From Armatimonadota bacterium (GTDB lineage Bacteria; Armatimonadota; UBA5829; DTLH01), in contig JBBRAE010000008.1 of assembly GCA_038207085.1 (NCBI GenBank), positions 63,743 through 127,742 on the forward strand: DNA of 64,000 nt, given 5' to 3'. The notes below the pieces were generated by a model. The model saw nothing but the letters and a program-made list of their open reading frames with translations, ran no database searches and was not told the origin of the DNA. The position numbers and the translations under genes were made by a program. This document shows, piece by piece, positions 1 through 10,557 of the stretch (the first letter of the stretch is position 1; every line of letters begins with the position of its first letter).

Positions 1-724
1 GAGGATCGCTTCATAGAACGTGCGAGCTGGCTTGAAGGGGATGCGAGTAAGCACTTCCCTGAGTTTGCGCAAACGCGCGGCTTCTGCTTCGTCCGCAGGC
101 TGGTGTCCGCTCAGATGATCGAGAATATTCTGGTGCCACGCACGGATGCCTGCAAAAACGTCACATACCCCGGAGTAGAAGTCGACCTTGCCGGCGTCTC
201 CTGAAGCCTCCGCCTCGCGCAGATATGTCATGGCTTGTGCCTCTACAGCGTCAAAGCCATCGCTGCTGAATCGCACGTAGTCCGGGACGCTGTGGGTGCT
301 CCCACTGCCGCCCAACTACGTGCACGGTCTGCTTGTCCTTGGGCAGGAAGGCGAGCCCTCTTGGGAACGTGACATCCATCGCCATTAGGTGTTCGTCTAG
401 TCTTTGGAGTGATGTCCGGACGCTCTCGTCGTCCGATGTGTCCATCACGCTTTGGAGCAGACTACGATTATACGCCCAGGTATAGTCGCGATCAGGGGCA
501 AGGAGTCTGTTATAGTTCTGATTCTTTGGCCCGCTGTAGTGCCCCCACGGGAAGAGTCGGGTGCCGGAGTAGGGGGTGATTGGATTATGTTCTAACTGGC
601 GCCGAAACGCCCGTGACCAGCGTCGGTGCGGCGACGCCTGGGGCATCTCGCAGTAGCCGGAAGCGAAGAACTCACCTACTGATCTCAAGCGTTCGGGGAT
701 TGGAGGGTTTTCTATTGTTGTCAT
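1..724 (-). pseudogene. Glycyl radical enzyme (pyruvate formate-lyase family), 5' part, with a +1 frameshift near 311-313; continues beyond the window edge
   Basis: The ORF from ATG 724 reads ...TVHVVG and then leaves frame. The adjacent frame (open from 315 to 1) reads GGSGSTHSVPDYVRFSSDGF...DFYSGVCDVFAGIRAWH...LTRIPFKPARTFYEAIL, matching the GRE/PFL-family H-x-x-P-D-Y and P-A-x-T-F-x-E-A motifs. Could be a sequencing error. Confidence 0.65.
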
Positions 725-888
725 TTTGTTGGTTCCCACTCTCATTCACGAACGAATGATAGCACGAAAGCCGACCAGCCGCAATTGACAAAACAACGAG
801 GCCGCCGCATCATAGCGGCAGCCCCGTATTTTCTCGATTTGGATATGCATGTTTCGGACGCATTGCGTCCGTCAGGCTGAACCGATGC

Positions 889-1596
889 CTATACTATTGC
901 CGGCTCCCTGATCTCGAACTTGTAGCCAACGCCCCAGATCGTGGTGATCCTGCAGGGGCTGCCGTTGTTCTCGATCTTTCTGCGCAGTCGCTTGATGTGC
1001 TGGTCCACGGTTCTCTCGTCGCCGTAGAACTCCTGGTAGGCCCAGACATGCTCAAGCAGCTGTTCGCGGGTGAATACGCGGTTTCGGTTGGATGCCAGAT
1101 ACCAGAGCAGATCGAACTCCTTGGGTGTGAGGTCAACCTTGCGGTCGCCAACCACTACCTCGCGGGAAATCCTGCTCACTGCGAGCCCAGGCAGATTCAG
1201 AACCTGCTGCTCATCGGGGTTCGGAACATATGCGGCCCTGCGGAGGACAGCTTTTACTCTTGCGAGAAGTTCACGAGGGGAGAAAGGCTTGGTGATATAA
1301 TCATCAGCGCCTATTTCAAGGCCGAGCACTCGGTCAACCTCATCGTCCCTGGCGGTCAACATAACGATCGGAACGTTGCTTGACTTTCTGATCTCCTTGC
1401 AAACGTCGAGGCCGTCCATACCTGGCAGCATCAGGTCGAGGATAATGATATCGGGTCTATTCTGCCTGGCCTTCTCGATTCCATCTGCTCCGTCGCTGGC
1501 AGTTACGACTTCATAACCTGCCTTGTCGAAGTAGATGGAGACCATTTCACATACGTTTTCTTCGTCGTCGATCACCAATACCTTCTGTTTGGTCAT
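889..1596 (-). CDS. OmpR/PhoB-family response regulator
   Basis: Receiver domain (VLVIDDE, LDLMLP, DDYITKPF) plus winged helix (RTVDQHIKRLR, TIWGVGYKF). Start moved to ATG 1596, which follows a purine-rich SD. Confidence 0.95.
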   Translation of the reverse strand: MTKQKVLVIDDEENVCEMVSIYFDKAGYEVVTASDGADGIEKARQNRPDIIILDLMLPGMDGLDVCKEIRKSSNVPIVMLTARDDEVDRVLGLEIGADDYITKPFSPRELLARVKAVLRRAAYVPNPDEQQVLNLPGLAVSRISREVVVGDRKVDLTPKEFDLLWYLASNRNRVFTREQLLEHVWAYQEFYGDERTVDQHIKRLRRKIENNGSPCRITTIWGVGYKFEIREPAIV

Positions 1597-1694
1597 ACCT
1601 TCTTCTTCCTTTCGTTTCGGGTCCAGCATATCCATATCGTGAGAATTCCCCATCAAGTTGGGAGCAAAGCGGTTCAGCTAGCCCATCTATTGCC

Positions 1695-1723
1695 AGTATA
1701 TGACTATTTCTCTGGTGTGTCAA
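1695..1723 (-). promoter_or_regulatory. sigma70-type promoter for the response regulator
   Basis: TTGACA-N17-TATACT on the minus strand. Confidence 0.75.
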
Positions 1724-2140
1724 TGCTGAAACATATAGTCGGCGAGATATTTCCTTGTAACTTGGTACAAATCACCCCTTCAGGCAGGTCGCTATTGCGC
1801 GGATATTGCCCCTATCGTATGATTTTGTTATCGGTTAGTGCTGGTCTGAACTGTATATTCAGTATCATCATAATAATATCGCAGATGCCACCAGTTTGAC
1901 GGCTGCCTGGTTCGGTACTCAAATTGACACATTGCTGATTGCTGGTAAGTTATGCAGTACGGGAAAGTGTTCGGGGGGTGTGCAATCGTGACAGGGGTCT
2001 ACCTCCAAAGTGCCGCCACTCGGTATGCTAACGTATCATTAGCCTGCCCAAAGTGGCAAAACACGTGTACATACACAAGCCCGTGAAACTCTGTGGGTTT
2101 TGCGTAAAGATGTGGCTGAAACGAGCGTTTGTGGCAATTA

Positions 2141-2404
2141 TTAGCCAGGCAAGCTGTGCGGCTGTTCAATATCTCTGCGCATTTGCTGATATTGCTCGCG
2201 CGTGATCTCGCCGCGTGCGTATCGTTCGCTCAGGATATCAAGTGATGACGTCCCGCGCGTGCTGGGGGTTCGCGACGACTGTCCGGCAAGCCATCTGACG
2301 AGAAATATAACCCCGACGATGATGAGCGCCCAGAAAACAAGCATCATCAACATCATCCACGACCCCGCCGCCCACCAGTTGTTGTTGAACCACCAGTGCA
2401 TCAT
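2141..2404 (-). CDS. Small membrane protein with C-terminal SHOCT domain
   Basis: One TM helix followed by LDILSERYARGEITREQY (SHOCT pattern). Confidence 0.85.
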   Translation of the reverse strand: MMHWWFNNNWWAAGSWMMLMMLVFWALIIVGVIFLVRWLAGQSSRTPSTRGTSSLDILSERYARGEITREQYQQMRRDIEQPHSLPG

Positions 2405-2481
2405 AATCTTACTCCTACACTGGTAGGTTTACCCAACGGCAGCTCACATTATACAGCAAGCCGCCGTTGGCAAGATGCTGG

Positions 2482-3426
2482 TTACATATGCTCGAAGAAG
2501 ACCATCGACTTGAACTCGTTGTATCGGGTGGTGATGTCGTCGTCGGTCAGTTTGCGCATGCGGTCCAGGCTGAAGCCCTCGACGTTGTAAGAGGCGAGCG
2601 TGCTTCCGTAGACGACTGCCTTGCGGATGTTCTGTTCGCTCGTGTCACCGGTGCTTGCGAGGTAACCGATGAACCCTCCCGCGAACGTGTCGCCTGCGCC
2701 CGTGGGGTCGACGACCTCCTCAAGCGGGTAGGAGGGAGCGGCAAAGCAGCGGTCGCTGTCGCAGAATGTGAGTGCCCCGTGTTCGCCCTTCTTGATGACG
2801 ACCGACTTTGGGCCCATCGCTCGGATTTCCATCGCCGCCTTGACCAGGCTTCCGGTGCCGACAAGCTGCCGGGCTTCGGCGTCGTTCAGGAAGGCCACGT
2901 CAACACGCGCGAGCACTTCTTTGAGCTTTTCAGGCTTGCTTGTGATCCAGAAGTTCATTGTGTCGCATGCGACGAGTTTCGGACTTTTGACCTGGTCGAG
3001 CACTTCAAGCTGAAGCTCGGGGTCGATGTTGGCGAGAAAGACGTATTCGGCGGACTTGTAAGCCTCAGGGATAGTCGGCCTGAAAGTCTCAAACACGTTA
3101 AGCTCGGTCGAAAGCGTGTGGGCCTGATTCAAATCATACTCGTATGTGCCTGCCCAGCGGAAGCTCTTGCCGGGCTGGATCTGCACCCCGCGGATATCTA
3201 TCCCACGGGTCTCAAGATACGACAGGTGCTCCTTTGGGAAGTCCTCACCGACGACTCCGACGATCATAACCGGGGAAAAGAAGCTCGCCGCGACTGATGA
3301 GTATACCGCCGCGCCGCCGAGTGCGTTCTCCACCTGACCAAGCGGGGTCTTAACAGAGTCGAGCGCCACGCTGCCGACGATCAGGACGGGGCTTGCGCCG
3401 TTCACGTTGCCAAATTGCAGTGCCAT
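2482..3426 (-). CDS. PfkB-family carbohydrate/nucleoside kinase
   Basis: N-terminal GGAAVY motif and DPTGAGDTFAGG PfkB signature. Confidence 0.93.
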   Translation of the reverse strand: MALQFGNVNGASPVLIVGSVALDSVKTPLGQVENALGGAAVYSSVAASFFSPVMIVGVVGEDFPKEHLSYLETRGIDIRGVQIQPGKSFRWAGTYEYDLNQAHTLSTELNVFETFRPTIPEAYKSAEYVFLANIDPELQLEVLDQVKSPKLVACDTMNFWITSKPEKLKEVLARVDVAFLNDAEARQLVGTGSLVKAAMEIRAMGPKSVVIKKGEHGALTFCDSDRCFAAPSYPLEEVVDPTGAGDTFAGGFIGYLASTGDTSEQNIRKAVVYGSTLASYNVEGFSLDRMRKLTDDDITTRYNEFKSMVFFEHM

Positions 3427-3431
3427 AGTAG

Positions 3432-4184
3432 TTATATCCTCCGAAGCCTGTCGACGAGCACCATCCAGAGAAACCGCGGAAGCGTCGCGACTTTGGTGAT
3501 CTTTTTAGGGTTGCTTGCGAGCCTGTGGACCCACTCGAGCCCGTGGCGGCGCATCCACTGAGGAGCGCGGGTGACCCGGCCCGAGAGCACGTCAAAAGTG
3601 CCGCCGACACCCATTCCGACGCTGATGCCCATCCGTTCCATATTGCCGGCGATGAACTTTTCCTGCCTGGGGATGCCCATCGCGACTAGTAAAATCTTTG
3701 CGCCGGAGGCTGCGACCGCCTGGACGACTTCCGATTCGTCAGTGAAAAATCCGTCGCGCACTCCGGCGATTTTGAGCGGCGGGTAGCGCCTTACAAGCTC
3801 CCGTGCGGCTTCCTCAGCTACGCCGGGGGCGGCGCCGAGCAGAAACATCGGGTAGCCTTCACGGGCTGCGAGATCGGCCATCTCAACGGCGAGGTCGACG
3901 CCGGATACTTTTTGGGGAAGCGGGCTGCCATACCACTTGGAGGCAATCATGATCCCGGAGCTGTCGGGGGTGACGAGGTCGGCGGAGTTGATTATCTCCG
4001 CAAGAACCTTGTCCTCCTGGGCGATGACGACCGCCGAGGCGTCCGCTGTGACGATGATATGCGGCGTGCCACTCTCGATGAAATCCTTCACTGCTTCCAT
4101 AGCTGTGGGGAAGGTGATCTTATCTATTCTGATTCCAAGCAGGCTGATACTGTCCATTTGTTTGCTGTGCATATTTACTTTCAA
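3432..4184 (-). CDS. WecB/TagA/CpsF-family glycosyltransferase
   Basis: ADLVTPDSSG, VAMGIPRQE, GVGGTFD and GLEWVHRL motifs; start codon uncertain. Confidence 0.92.
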   Translation of the reverse strand: MKVNMHSKQMDSISLLGIRIDKITFPTAMEAVKDFIESGTPHIIVTADASAVVIAQEDKVLAEIINSADLVTPDSSGIMIASKWYGSPLPQKVSGVDLAVEMADLAAREGYPMFLLGAAPGVAEEAARELVRRYPPLKIAGVRDGFFTDESEVVQAVAASGAKILLVAMGIPRQEKFIAGNMERMGISVGMGVGGTFDVLSGRVTRAPQWMRRHGLEWVHRLASNPKKITKVATLPRFLWMVLVDRLRRI

Positions 4185-4567
4185 GCGAAGTGTGCGCTCT
4201 TGAAGAGCCCTCAGTATGATACAGAATTAGAGGCAAAAATACAAATGGGGATAGAAGCTAGTTGTTAGTTGTAATTCGCTAGCTGGGATTTTGTCTTTGT
4301 TGGGTGGCGATTTCCGAATCGCCACCCCAAAGCTAAGACGGGATTTCCGAATCCCGAATGGCGTAATGCATGGCAATTGACCCACTAGGTCAGACTAGAC
4401 TTGATAAGTGGGACGAAACGAAGCGTTCCCGCAGTATACAAAAACTATCTGTCGCCCAAAAACAAAGCAGCCTCGAGATGCCGCACTCCATATGCTGTTT
4501 GGTCGCCATGTTGGTATAACTGTGTAGGACTCTAAGGCTAATAGTTATACTCGGCTTTGCAAATAAG

Positions 4568-4593
4568 AAAGGGCAGGGGTTAGCCTGCCCTTT
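4568..4593. terminator. Intrinsic terminator-like hairpin downstream of the NDP-sugar synthase
   Basis: AAAGGGCAGG-loop-CCTGCCCTTT. Confidence 0.6.
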
Positions 4594-4626
4594 GAATGAT
4601 TGTCGATAAGACCTAACCCGGAGCGA

Positions 4627-5661
4627 CTATCTGCCGCCGGGGTCTACTATGACTCCGTCGAACACTGCGGCGTTGGATTTTACCCGGCAGCCGGTTCCTA
4701 CTACGCACCGTTCTAGCATGGTGTCGCGCATGACGCACGCGCCGTGCCAGAGGATGCTCTGCTTGACCGTCGCGTTCTCTTCAAGCACGCAGTCGTCACC
4801 CAGGATAGAATATTCACGCAGCTTTGCGCCCGCCTCTATGCGGCAGTTGCGGCCGATCACTACAGGGTAGCCGATCTCAGCGGTCGGGTCGATCTCTGCG
4901 CCTTCGCCTATCCAGACGTACTTGCGGACCTGCTTGTGCGGGATTTCGATATTCACCCGACCGTCCAGCGCGTCAAAGTGCGACTGCTGATACTGCTTCA
5001 GGTTTCCGACGTCTCTCCAGTAGCTGGAGGTCAGATATCCGTAGAACCTGGTGCGGTGCTCGAGCATCATTGGGAACACGTTGTTGCCGAACCCGTAGGG
5101 GATCCCGCGTGGGATGAACTCAAGAACCTGAGGCTCGAAAACATAGACGCCGGTGTTCGCGGTGTTGCTGAATATCACCTCGCCGCGCGGCTTCTCAAGG
5201 AACCGCGTGATGCGCCCACGCTCGTTTAGAAGCGCGATTCCATACTCGGAGGGGTCGTCAACAAGCGAAAGTGCGATCGTCGCGATCGCGCGCTTCTCCT
5301 TGTGAACCCGAATGACCCGCGACAGGTCGAGGTCGGCAAGGTCGTCGCCGCCGACTACGAGGAACGTGTCATCGAAGAAGTCCTCGCAGCGCTTGACGCT
5401 TCCCGCGTCGCCCCAAAGCCTGTCCTCCCTGGAGTATTGGATATTGACGCCCCACTTGCTTCCATCGCCGAAGTACTGCTCGATCTGGTCGGCGAGGTAG
5501 TGCAGGTTGACCATGATATCCTTGATGCCGTGCTTCGCCAACAGGTCGACGATGTGTTCCATAACCGGTCGGTTGACGATCGGCACCATGGGTTTTGGAA
5601 TATTGCGGGTTAGCGGATCAAGCCTTGAACCAACACCCGCAGCCAGAATCATAGCTTTCAT
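4627..5661 (-). CDS. NDP-sugar synthase (mannose-1-phosphate guanylyltransferase-like) with left-handed beta-helix tail
   Basis: MKAMILAAGVGSRLDPLT...PKPM, EKP, YWRDVG and hexapeptide repeats. The ORF-track extension to 5757 runs through a repeat and was trimmed. Confidence 0.93.
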   Translation of the reverse strand: MKAMILAAGVGSRLDPLTRNIPKPMVPIVNRPVMEHIVDLLAKHGIKDIMVNLHYLADQIEQYFGDGSKWGVNIQYSREDRLWGDAGSVKRCEDFFDDTFLVVGGDDLADLDLSRVIRVHKEKRAIATIALSLVDDPSEYGIALLNERGRITRFLEKPRGEVIFSNTANTGVYVFEPQVLEFIPRGIPYGFGNNVFPMMLEHRTRFYGYLTSSYWRDVGNLKQYQQSHFDALDGRVNIEIPHKQVRKYVWIGEGAEIDPTAEIGYPVVIGRNCRIEAGAKLREYSILGDDCVLEENATVKQSILWHGACVMRDTMLERCVVGTGCRVKSNAAVFDGVIVDPGGR

Positions 5662-5700
5662 ATAAGCACCGTTTGATGATTTTAGATTTTGGATTGCAGA

Positions 5701-5773
5701 GCACTGTTCACGAGTTACGTGAATAGTGCGGGCTAGCGAGAGTTTTATTCGCTTCACGAATAAAACGGGCTAG
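5701..5773 (-). repeat. Double-hairpin intergenic repeat, copy A (diverged)
   Basis: GCACTGTTCACG-AGTTA-CGTGAATAGTGC plus GTTTTATTCG-CTTCA-CGAATAAAAC; homologous to the copies at 25013, 34313 and 61654. Confidence 0.85.
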
Positions 5774-6864
5774 AACGTCTTCAACGCCTTAACTATCTCA
5801 GCGACTTGCTCTTCTCTGAGCTCAGGGTGGACAGGGAGCGACAGAACCTCACGTGACGCCAGCTCGGCTGCCGGGAAGTCACCCTCCTTATACCCCAAAA
5901 ACGCATAAGCTGGTTGCACATGCAGCGGGGAAGGATAATAAACTGCACAGCCGATACCCGCGTTCTTCAGGGTTGACTGCACTATATCTCTATTCCCGGT
6001 TCGGATCGTATACTGATGATAAACATGATAGTTGCCGGCAAGTTCGGTCGGGGCGGTGATCGATGAACCCTCAAGCGCCGCCGTGTAGGCGTGTCCGTGG
6101 GTTCGGCGCGACTCGTTCCACTCCTTGAGCTTTGTGAGCTTCACGCCGAGCACCGCGGCCTGGATGCCGTCGAGCCTGCTGCAGAACCCGATCCGCTCGT
6201 AGGCGTAAGTCGCTGACCTGCCGTGGTCCCGAAGGCTTCTTGCGGCTTCTGCAAGCTCGTCGCTGTTTGTGAGGATCATCCCACCGTCGCCCGCGCCGCC
6301 GAGGTTCTTTGTAGGGTAGAAGCTGAGAGTGCAGGCGTCACCGAGTTCACCGATCGGGCGGCCCCTGTAGGTCGCGCCGATGGCCTGAGCGCCATCGCAG
6401 ATCACTTTCAGGTTGTGCCGAGCGGCGATCTCCATAATCTCGTCCATATTGGCGCACTGGCCGTAGAGGTGGACGGGAAGAATCGCCTTGGTCTTCGGGC
6501 TAATCGCCTTTTCTACTGCAACCGTATTGATGTTGTAGGTCACGGGGTCGATGTCGGCGTATACCGGCTTCGCTCCGACCAGGCAGATCGACTCGGTCGT
6601 TGCGACGAATGTGAAGGGAGTTGTGATCACTTCATCGCCGGGCCCGACACCCGCAGCGGCAAGCGCGATGGTGATGGCATCTGTGCCGGAATTAACCGCG
6701 ATGCCATACTTTGCGCCACACAGCGCAGCTATGTCTTCCTCAAGCTTGGTGACGGTTTCGCCGAGGATGAACGAGCACTTGCCGAGAACGTCAAGCACTG
6801 CGGCGTTGATCTCAGCCTCAAGTGAGCGATACTGTGCTCTTAGATCGGCCATCGGAATGGACAA
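5770..6864 (-). CDS. DegT/DnrJ/EryC1/StrS PLP-dependent sugar aminotransferase
   Basis: VNSGTDA, PVHLYGQ, DGAQA and SFYPTKNLG (PLP lysine). Confidence 0.95.
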   Translation of the reverse strand: MSIPMADLRAQYRSLEAEINAAVLDVLGKCSFILGETVTKLEEDIAALCGAKYGIAVNSGTDAITIALAAAGVGPGDEVITTPFTFVATTESICLVGAKPVYADIDPVTYNINTVAVEKAISPKTKAILPVHLYGQCANMDEIMEIAARHNLKVICDGAQAIGATYRGRPIGELGDACTLSFYPTKNLGGAGDGGMILTNSDELAEAARSLRDHGRSATYAYERIGFCSRLDGIQAAVLGVKLTKLKEWNESRRTHGHAYTAALEGSSITAPTELAGNYHVYHQYTIRTGNRDIVQSTLKNAGIGCAVYYPSPLHVQPAYAFLGYKEGDFPAAELASREVLSLPVHPELREEQVAEIVKALKTF

Positions 6865-6914
6865 CTCAACAACTCCTTTGTGAAAAACGATGTCTGCCCG
6901 GTCTATTGCAAGAC

Positions 6915-7769
6915 TCAGCTTACAGACTGATCGAGCGCGGATTGAAACTGCGCTCTAAACGATGGTCCAAGCTCCGGGTCACTAAGACACGCGAGCGTGA
7001 ATGCTTCAAAATATATGGGAAACGTGCCAATATCCCGCCGGATCTCACTTCCAACAAGCGGCACACACCACACCGGGTTGCCGTCCGCAAGCATCAGCCC
7101 GATAGAGTCGGTGATCTGAAGCTCGCCAAGCGCGCCCGCTGTGGTTCTCTTTATATAGTCAAAAATGCGTGCGTCAAAGGCGTAGCGTCCGGCGATCGAG
7201 TATTCGCTCGGGCATTCCTCCGGGGCGGGTTTCTCGACGAGCAGATCGATCTCGAACCGCTCGGCTCCGTCCCATCGCACAGGACGGACCATACCAAAGC
7301 TTCGGCACTGCTCGATCGGCGTGCTCATGACCACTATCACGGACTCAGCGTTGGTCTGTGCGAAGCAGTCCAGAACCCGTGTGGTGGAATGAGCCGGGCC
7401 GTCCTGCGTGATGATCGAGTCGCCGAGAGCAACAAGAAACGGGTCGCCCGCGACGAACTCCTCGCTGCAGAGCACCGCATCGGCGAGCCCTTTTTGCTCT
7501 TTCTGGATAGTGTAATCGACCCGAACACCGGGATAATTCTTGAAATACTCAGGAACTGAAAGCTTTTCGTCCGAGATCACGAGGAGAATGTCGGTGATGC
7601 CTGCGCCAGTGAGTTCATCGAAGATGACTTCAAGCACCGGTTTTCGCCCGAGCGGAAGCATTTCCTTGGGCACAGCTTTGCTCAAGGGGTAGAGTCTAGT
7701 CCCTTTGCCTGCCGCAGGGATAACGGCTTTGGTTATCTTTTTGGTTTCTCCCAAGGTTTGTTCCCGCAA
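6915..7769 (-). CDS. galU: UTP-glucose-1-phosphate uridylyltransferase-like nucleotidyltransferase
   Basis: KAVIPAAGKGTRLYPLSKAVPKEMLP, VEKP, GRY and GELQITD. Confidence 0.8.
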   Translation of the reverse strand: MREQTLGETKKITKAVIPAAGKGTRLYPLSKAVPKEMLPLGRKPVLEVIFDELTGAGITDILLVISDEKLSVPEYFKNYPGVRVDYTIQKEQKGLADAVLCSEEFVAGDPFLVALGDSIITQDGPAHSTTRVLDCFAQTNAESVIVVMSTPIEQCRSFGMVRPVRWDGAERFEIDLLVEKPAPEECPSEYSIAGRYAFDARIFDYIKRTTAGALGELQITDSIGLMLADGNPVWCVPLVGSEIRRDIGTFPIYFEAFTLACLSDPELGPSFRAQFQSALDQSVS

Positions 7770-7836
7770 ACTCCTCTTAAGACCGGCTACATTTTAGCAT
7801 ACGGCAGAGCCACGGTCAAACCTTGATATTTCGGCA

Positions 7837-10266
7837 CTATTTTCCGAGACGAAACACCAGAACTGCCACGTCATCGCGCAGCAAGCCGCCCGCGTGGGCC
7901 TTGGCGGAGTTGACGACAAAGGAGGCTACCGACTTCGGATCTCGGTCCTTCACAACCGATAAAACACTTCGAAGTCCCTCCGTGCCGAAAAACACTCCCG
8001 AAGGTGATCTAGCTTCGGTGATGCCGTCGGTGCAGAGGACGAACACGTCTCCATCGTTAAGGCTTTGTGAGGCTTCGGGATACTCGTAACCCATGGAAAT
8101 GCCTATGGCCCGCCCCGCGATATCGACGTCAAGGACAGAGCCGTCAGTTCTCACGATAACGGGAGAACTGTGCCCAGCGTTTGCGCACGTAAGAGAGCCA
8201 CCAGTCGTATCGACTACGGCGAAGAAGGCCGTCATCATCTCTGATCCGATTTGGGGGTTTCTGATCAGCGCTTCGTTCGTGAGCGTGAGGACGCTTGCCG
8301 GGCTTGGGTCAATATACGCGTAGGCACGAACTGAGTGCCTCGCGGCGGCTACGCGAATCGCAGCCGCAAGGCCTTTGCCCGAGACGTCGCCGATCAGTAT
8401 GCCGATCCGTCCACCGTCGAGCTCGAACACGTCGTAGAAATCGCCTCCGACCTCAGCCTCTTTCATAGCAGGCAGATACGCCGCGGCTATTTCACAGCCG
8501 TGAATAGAGTAGACGGTATCAGGGATCAGTGCTTTTTGGAGGACATCTGCGATGTGGTGTTCGCGCTGGAAAAGGCGTTTGCGCTCTTCTTCACGCGTGT
8601 ATACATCGGTTATGTTGCGGAAGACGTTTGTCGCGCCTATGATCTCACCGTTTGCGTTCCTGACGGGGCTTGCGCTTGTGCTGATGACAATGTGGCGGCC
8701 GTCCGGGGTTACCATTCGGTAGCGAAGGTCCCGCACAGTCTCACCCTGAAGCGCGCGGTAAGTCGCCGTCTGCTCAATGGTCATCGGTGTGCCGTCGAGG
8801 GTTGCTATGGAAAACTTTCGTTCAAAGTTCGCGGGACACAGGGTGTCATCGATGCACAGACTTTTTCGACCTGCCTGGTTGATGAACTTGATGCATCCCT
8901 TTGTATCAAAGAGTGCGACGCCGTCGGACATACTTGAAATGAACGATGTGAGCTCCGCTGCGCGCATTTCGGCGGCGGCCCTCGCGTTGGCAGCCTCTTC
9001 TTCGGCGGTAATCCTCGGGGTAACATCAAGGCCGAGTGAGAGCATGCCCGTCGTGTTTCCATCGGCGTCCCGAAGCGCCGAGTTATGCCACTCACAGACG
9101 ATCACGCTGCCGTCCTTGCGCCGGTTGCGGTTTCTGCTGAAGCCGTATGAGAGCTCTCCTGAGTAGAGCCTTTCTGTCATCTGAATGACGCCTTCCACGT
9201 CGTCTTCATAAATTGTGTCAAGTTTGGTCGGAAGCTGGCCCATCACTTCTTCTGCCGTCCAGCCGAGCAATCGTGTTGACTCAGAGGTCCATCGCGTGAT
9301 GCGGCCTTCTTTGTCCCACTCGATCAGGCCAAGGGGGGAGTGCTCGATCAACGTGTCGAGCCGCTGTGCGGCGTCTCGCAGCGCTTCCTCGGCGTGTTTG
9401 CGCTCGGTGATGTCCTCGATGACAATCACACCAAATTGCGGCGTATTGTCCGGGTTTCGAACAACTGAGACGTTCAGTCGTACCCAGATGACCTCTCTGT
9501 TTTTCCGAACATAACGCTTTTCAATGCCAACGCTTGGGATGAGGTTGGCCAAGAGATCGCGATACGGTTGTGATGAGATCGGAACGTCGTCGGGATAGGA
9601 TATCGCGTCTCTGTGAACACCGTTTAGCTCACCCGGGCCGTATCCCATCAATCTTTCAAAAGCGGTGTTCGCCCGGTGGAAGGTGCCGTCCATTGCGCCG
9701 ATAGCCATGCCGACTGCGGCTTTGTCAAATATGGTTCGGAACATATCATCGCTTCGTTGCAGTTCCACTTCCAGGCGTTTGCGGTCGGTGATGTTACTTA
9801 GCCCTATGATGAGCCCTTTCTGGTAGGGACAGGCGTTCACCTGGTAGACGATCCCAGTCCGTTCGCAGTGTGAGTCGAAGTTGGTTGGGGCATGCTCGGC
9901 CATAGCACGGATGAATGGGGCGCTGTTCTCGCCTTCCAGAAGGTGAGCGTGAGTCTCCCAGAGCGTGCGCCCGAGCAGTTCAGAGTGGTCACAGCTGCAT
10001 GCCCGCCCAGCGGCATCGTTCGCATAAAGGAACTTCCACTTTGAGTCGACGACGAAAACCGGGTCGGAGATCCTGTCGAAAGCTGCGAAGCGAGCAGAGA
10101 TATCTTGAATGGACTGTGTGACATTGACCGCAGTGCATTTTCCGGACGCGACAGCGCTTGCAGCCTCACCAACACTCCGGTAGGCAACGGCGTCTATATT
10201 ATTGGCAGCCAGAACCCTCTGCAGCTCATGAAGGATGGAATCGTCACATACTACAATAACAGACAT
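7837..10266 (-). CDS. Multi-PAS SpoIIE/RsbU-type PP2C phosphatase
   Basis: About four PAS/PAC repeats, then VGGDFYD, GDVSGKG, NAGH, TDGITEA and DDVAV. Confidence 0.93.
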   Translation of the reverse strand: MSVIVVCDDSILHELQRVLAANNIDAVAYRSVGEAASAVASGKCTAVNVTQSIQDISARFAAFDRISDPVFVVDSKWKFLYANDAAGRACSCDHSELLGRTLWETHAHLLEGENSAPFIRAMAEHAPTNFDSHCERTGIVYQVNACPYQKGLIIGLSNITDRKRLEVELQRSDDMFRTIFDKAAVGMAIGAMDGTFHRANTAFERLMGYGPGELNGVHRDAISYPDDVPISSQPYRDLLANLIPSVGIEKRYVRKNREVIWVRLNVSVVRNPDNTPQFGVIVIEDITERKHAEEALRDAAQRLDTLIEHSPLGLIEWDKEGRITRWTSESTRLLGWTAEEVMGQLPTKLDTIYEDDVEGVIQMTERLYSGELSYGFSRNRNRRKDGSVIVCEWHNSALRDADGNTTGMLSLGLDVTPRITAEEEAANARAAAEMRAAELTSFISSMSDGVALFDTKGCIKFINQAGRKSLCIDDTLCPANFERKFSIATLDGTPMTIEQTATYRALQGETVRDLRYRMVTPDGRHIVISTSASPVRNANGEIIGATNVFRNITDVYTREEERKRLFQREHHIADVLQKALIPDTVYSIHGCEIAAAYLPAMKEAEVGGDFYDVFELDGGRIGILIGDVSGKGLAAAIRVAAARHSVRAYAYIDPSPASVLTLTNEALIRNPQIGSEMMTAFFAVVDTTGGSLTCANAGHSSPVIVRTDGSVLDVDIAGRAIGISMGYEYPEASQSLNDGDVFVLCTDGITEARSPSGVFFGTEGLRSVLSVVKDRDPKSVASFVVNSAKAHAGGLLRDDVAVLVFRLGK

Positions 10267-10417
10267 ACTCAGAACAACCCATCAGGACATCATTGTGGGG
10301 AAGTTCAAGCCCCAATGACTACTTAACCAGGTGGGCACATATTTCCTGCCAAAGGCCAAGCATGTAATTGGCACGTCGAAAACACGGTGGACTCTGCGAC
10401 GATGTGCGACTGTACAA

Positions 10418-10452
10418 AGAAAGAACCCGATGAGAATAATCTCACCGGGCTC
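10418..10452 (-). terminator. Intrinsic terminator after tRNA-Leu
   Basis: Minus strand GAGCCCGGTGAGAT-TA-TTCTCATCGGGTTC followed by a T-rich run. Confidence 0.7.
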
Positions 10453-10459
10453 GTATCTG

Positions 10460-10545
10460 TGGTGGGGATGAGAGGAGTTGAACCTCCACGGGGTTGCCCC
10501 CACTTGGCCCTCAACCAAGCGCGTCTGCCATTCCGCCACATCCCC
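10460..10545 (-). tRNA. tRNA-Leu (anticodon GAG)
   Basis: GGGGATG acceptor stem, TGGCGGAATGGCAGAC D arm, CTTGG-TTGAGGG-CCAAG anticodon arm, long variable arm, GTTCAAC T loop and encoded CCA. Confidence 0.97.
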
Positions 10546-10557
10546 TTAGCGACTTAT

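Noticed and set aside
1900..2140. Small Cys-containing ORFs in the intergenic region
   Set aside because: No convincing SD, coherent motif or family resemblance.
5662..5757. N-terminal ORF extensions (also 35357-35677, 50201-50326, 53240-53320, 61724-61780, 23383-23505)
   Set aside because: They run through repeats, terminators or neighbouring genes; family homology starts at the downstream start codon.
10460..10545. tRNA-Leu as an integration site for an island
   Set aside because: No integrase and no duplicated tRNA 3' end seen in the window.
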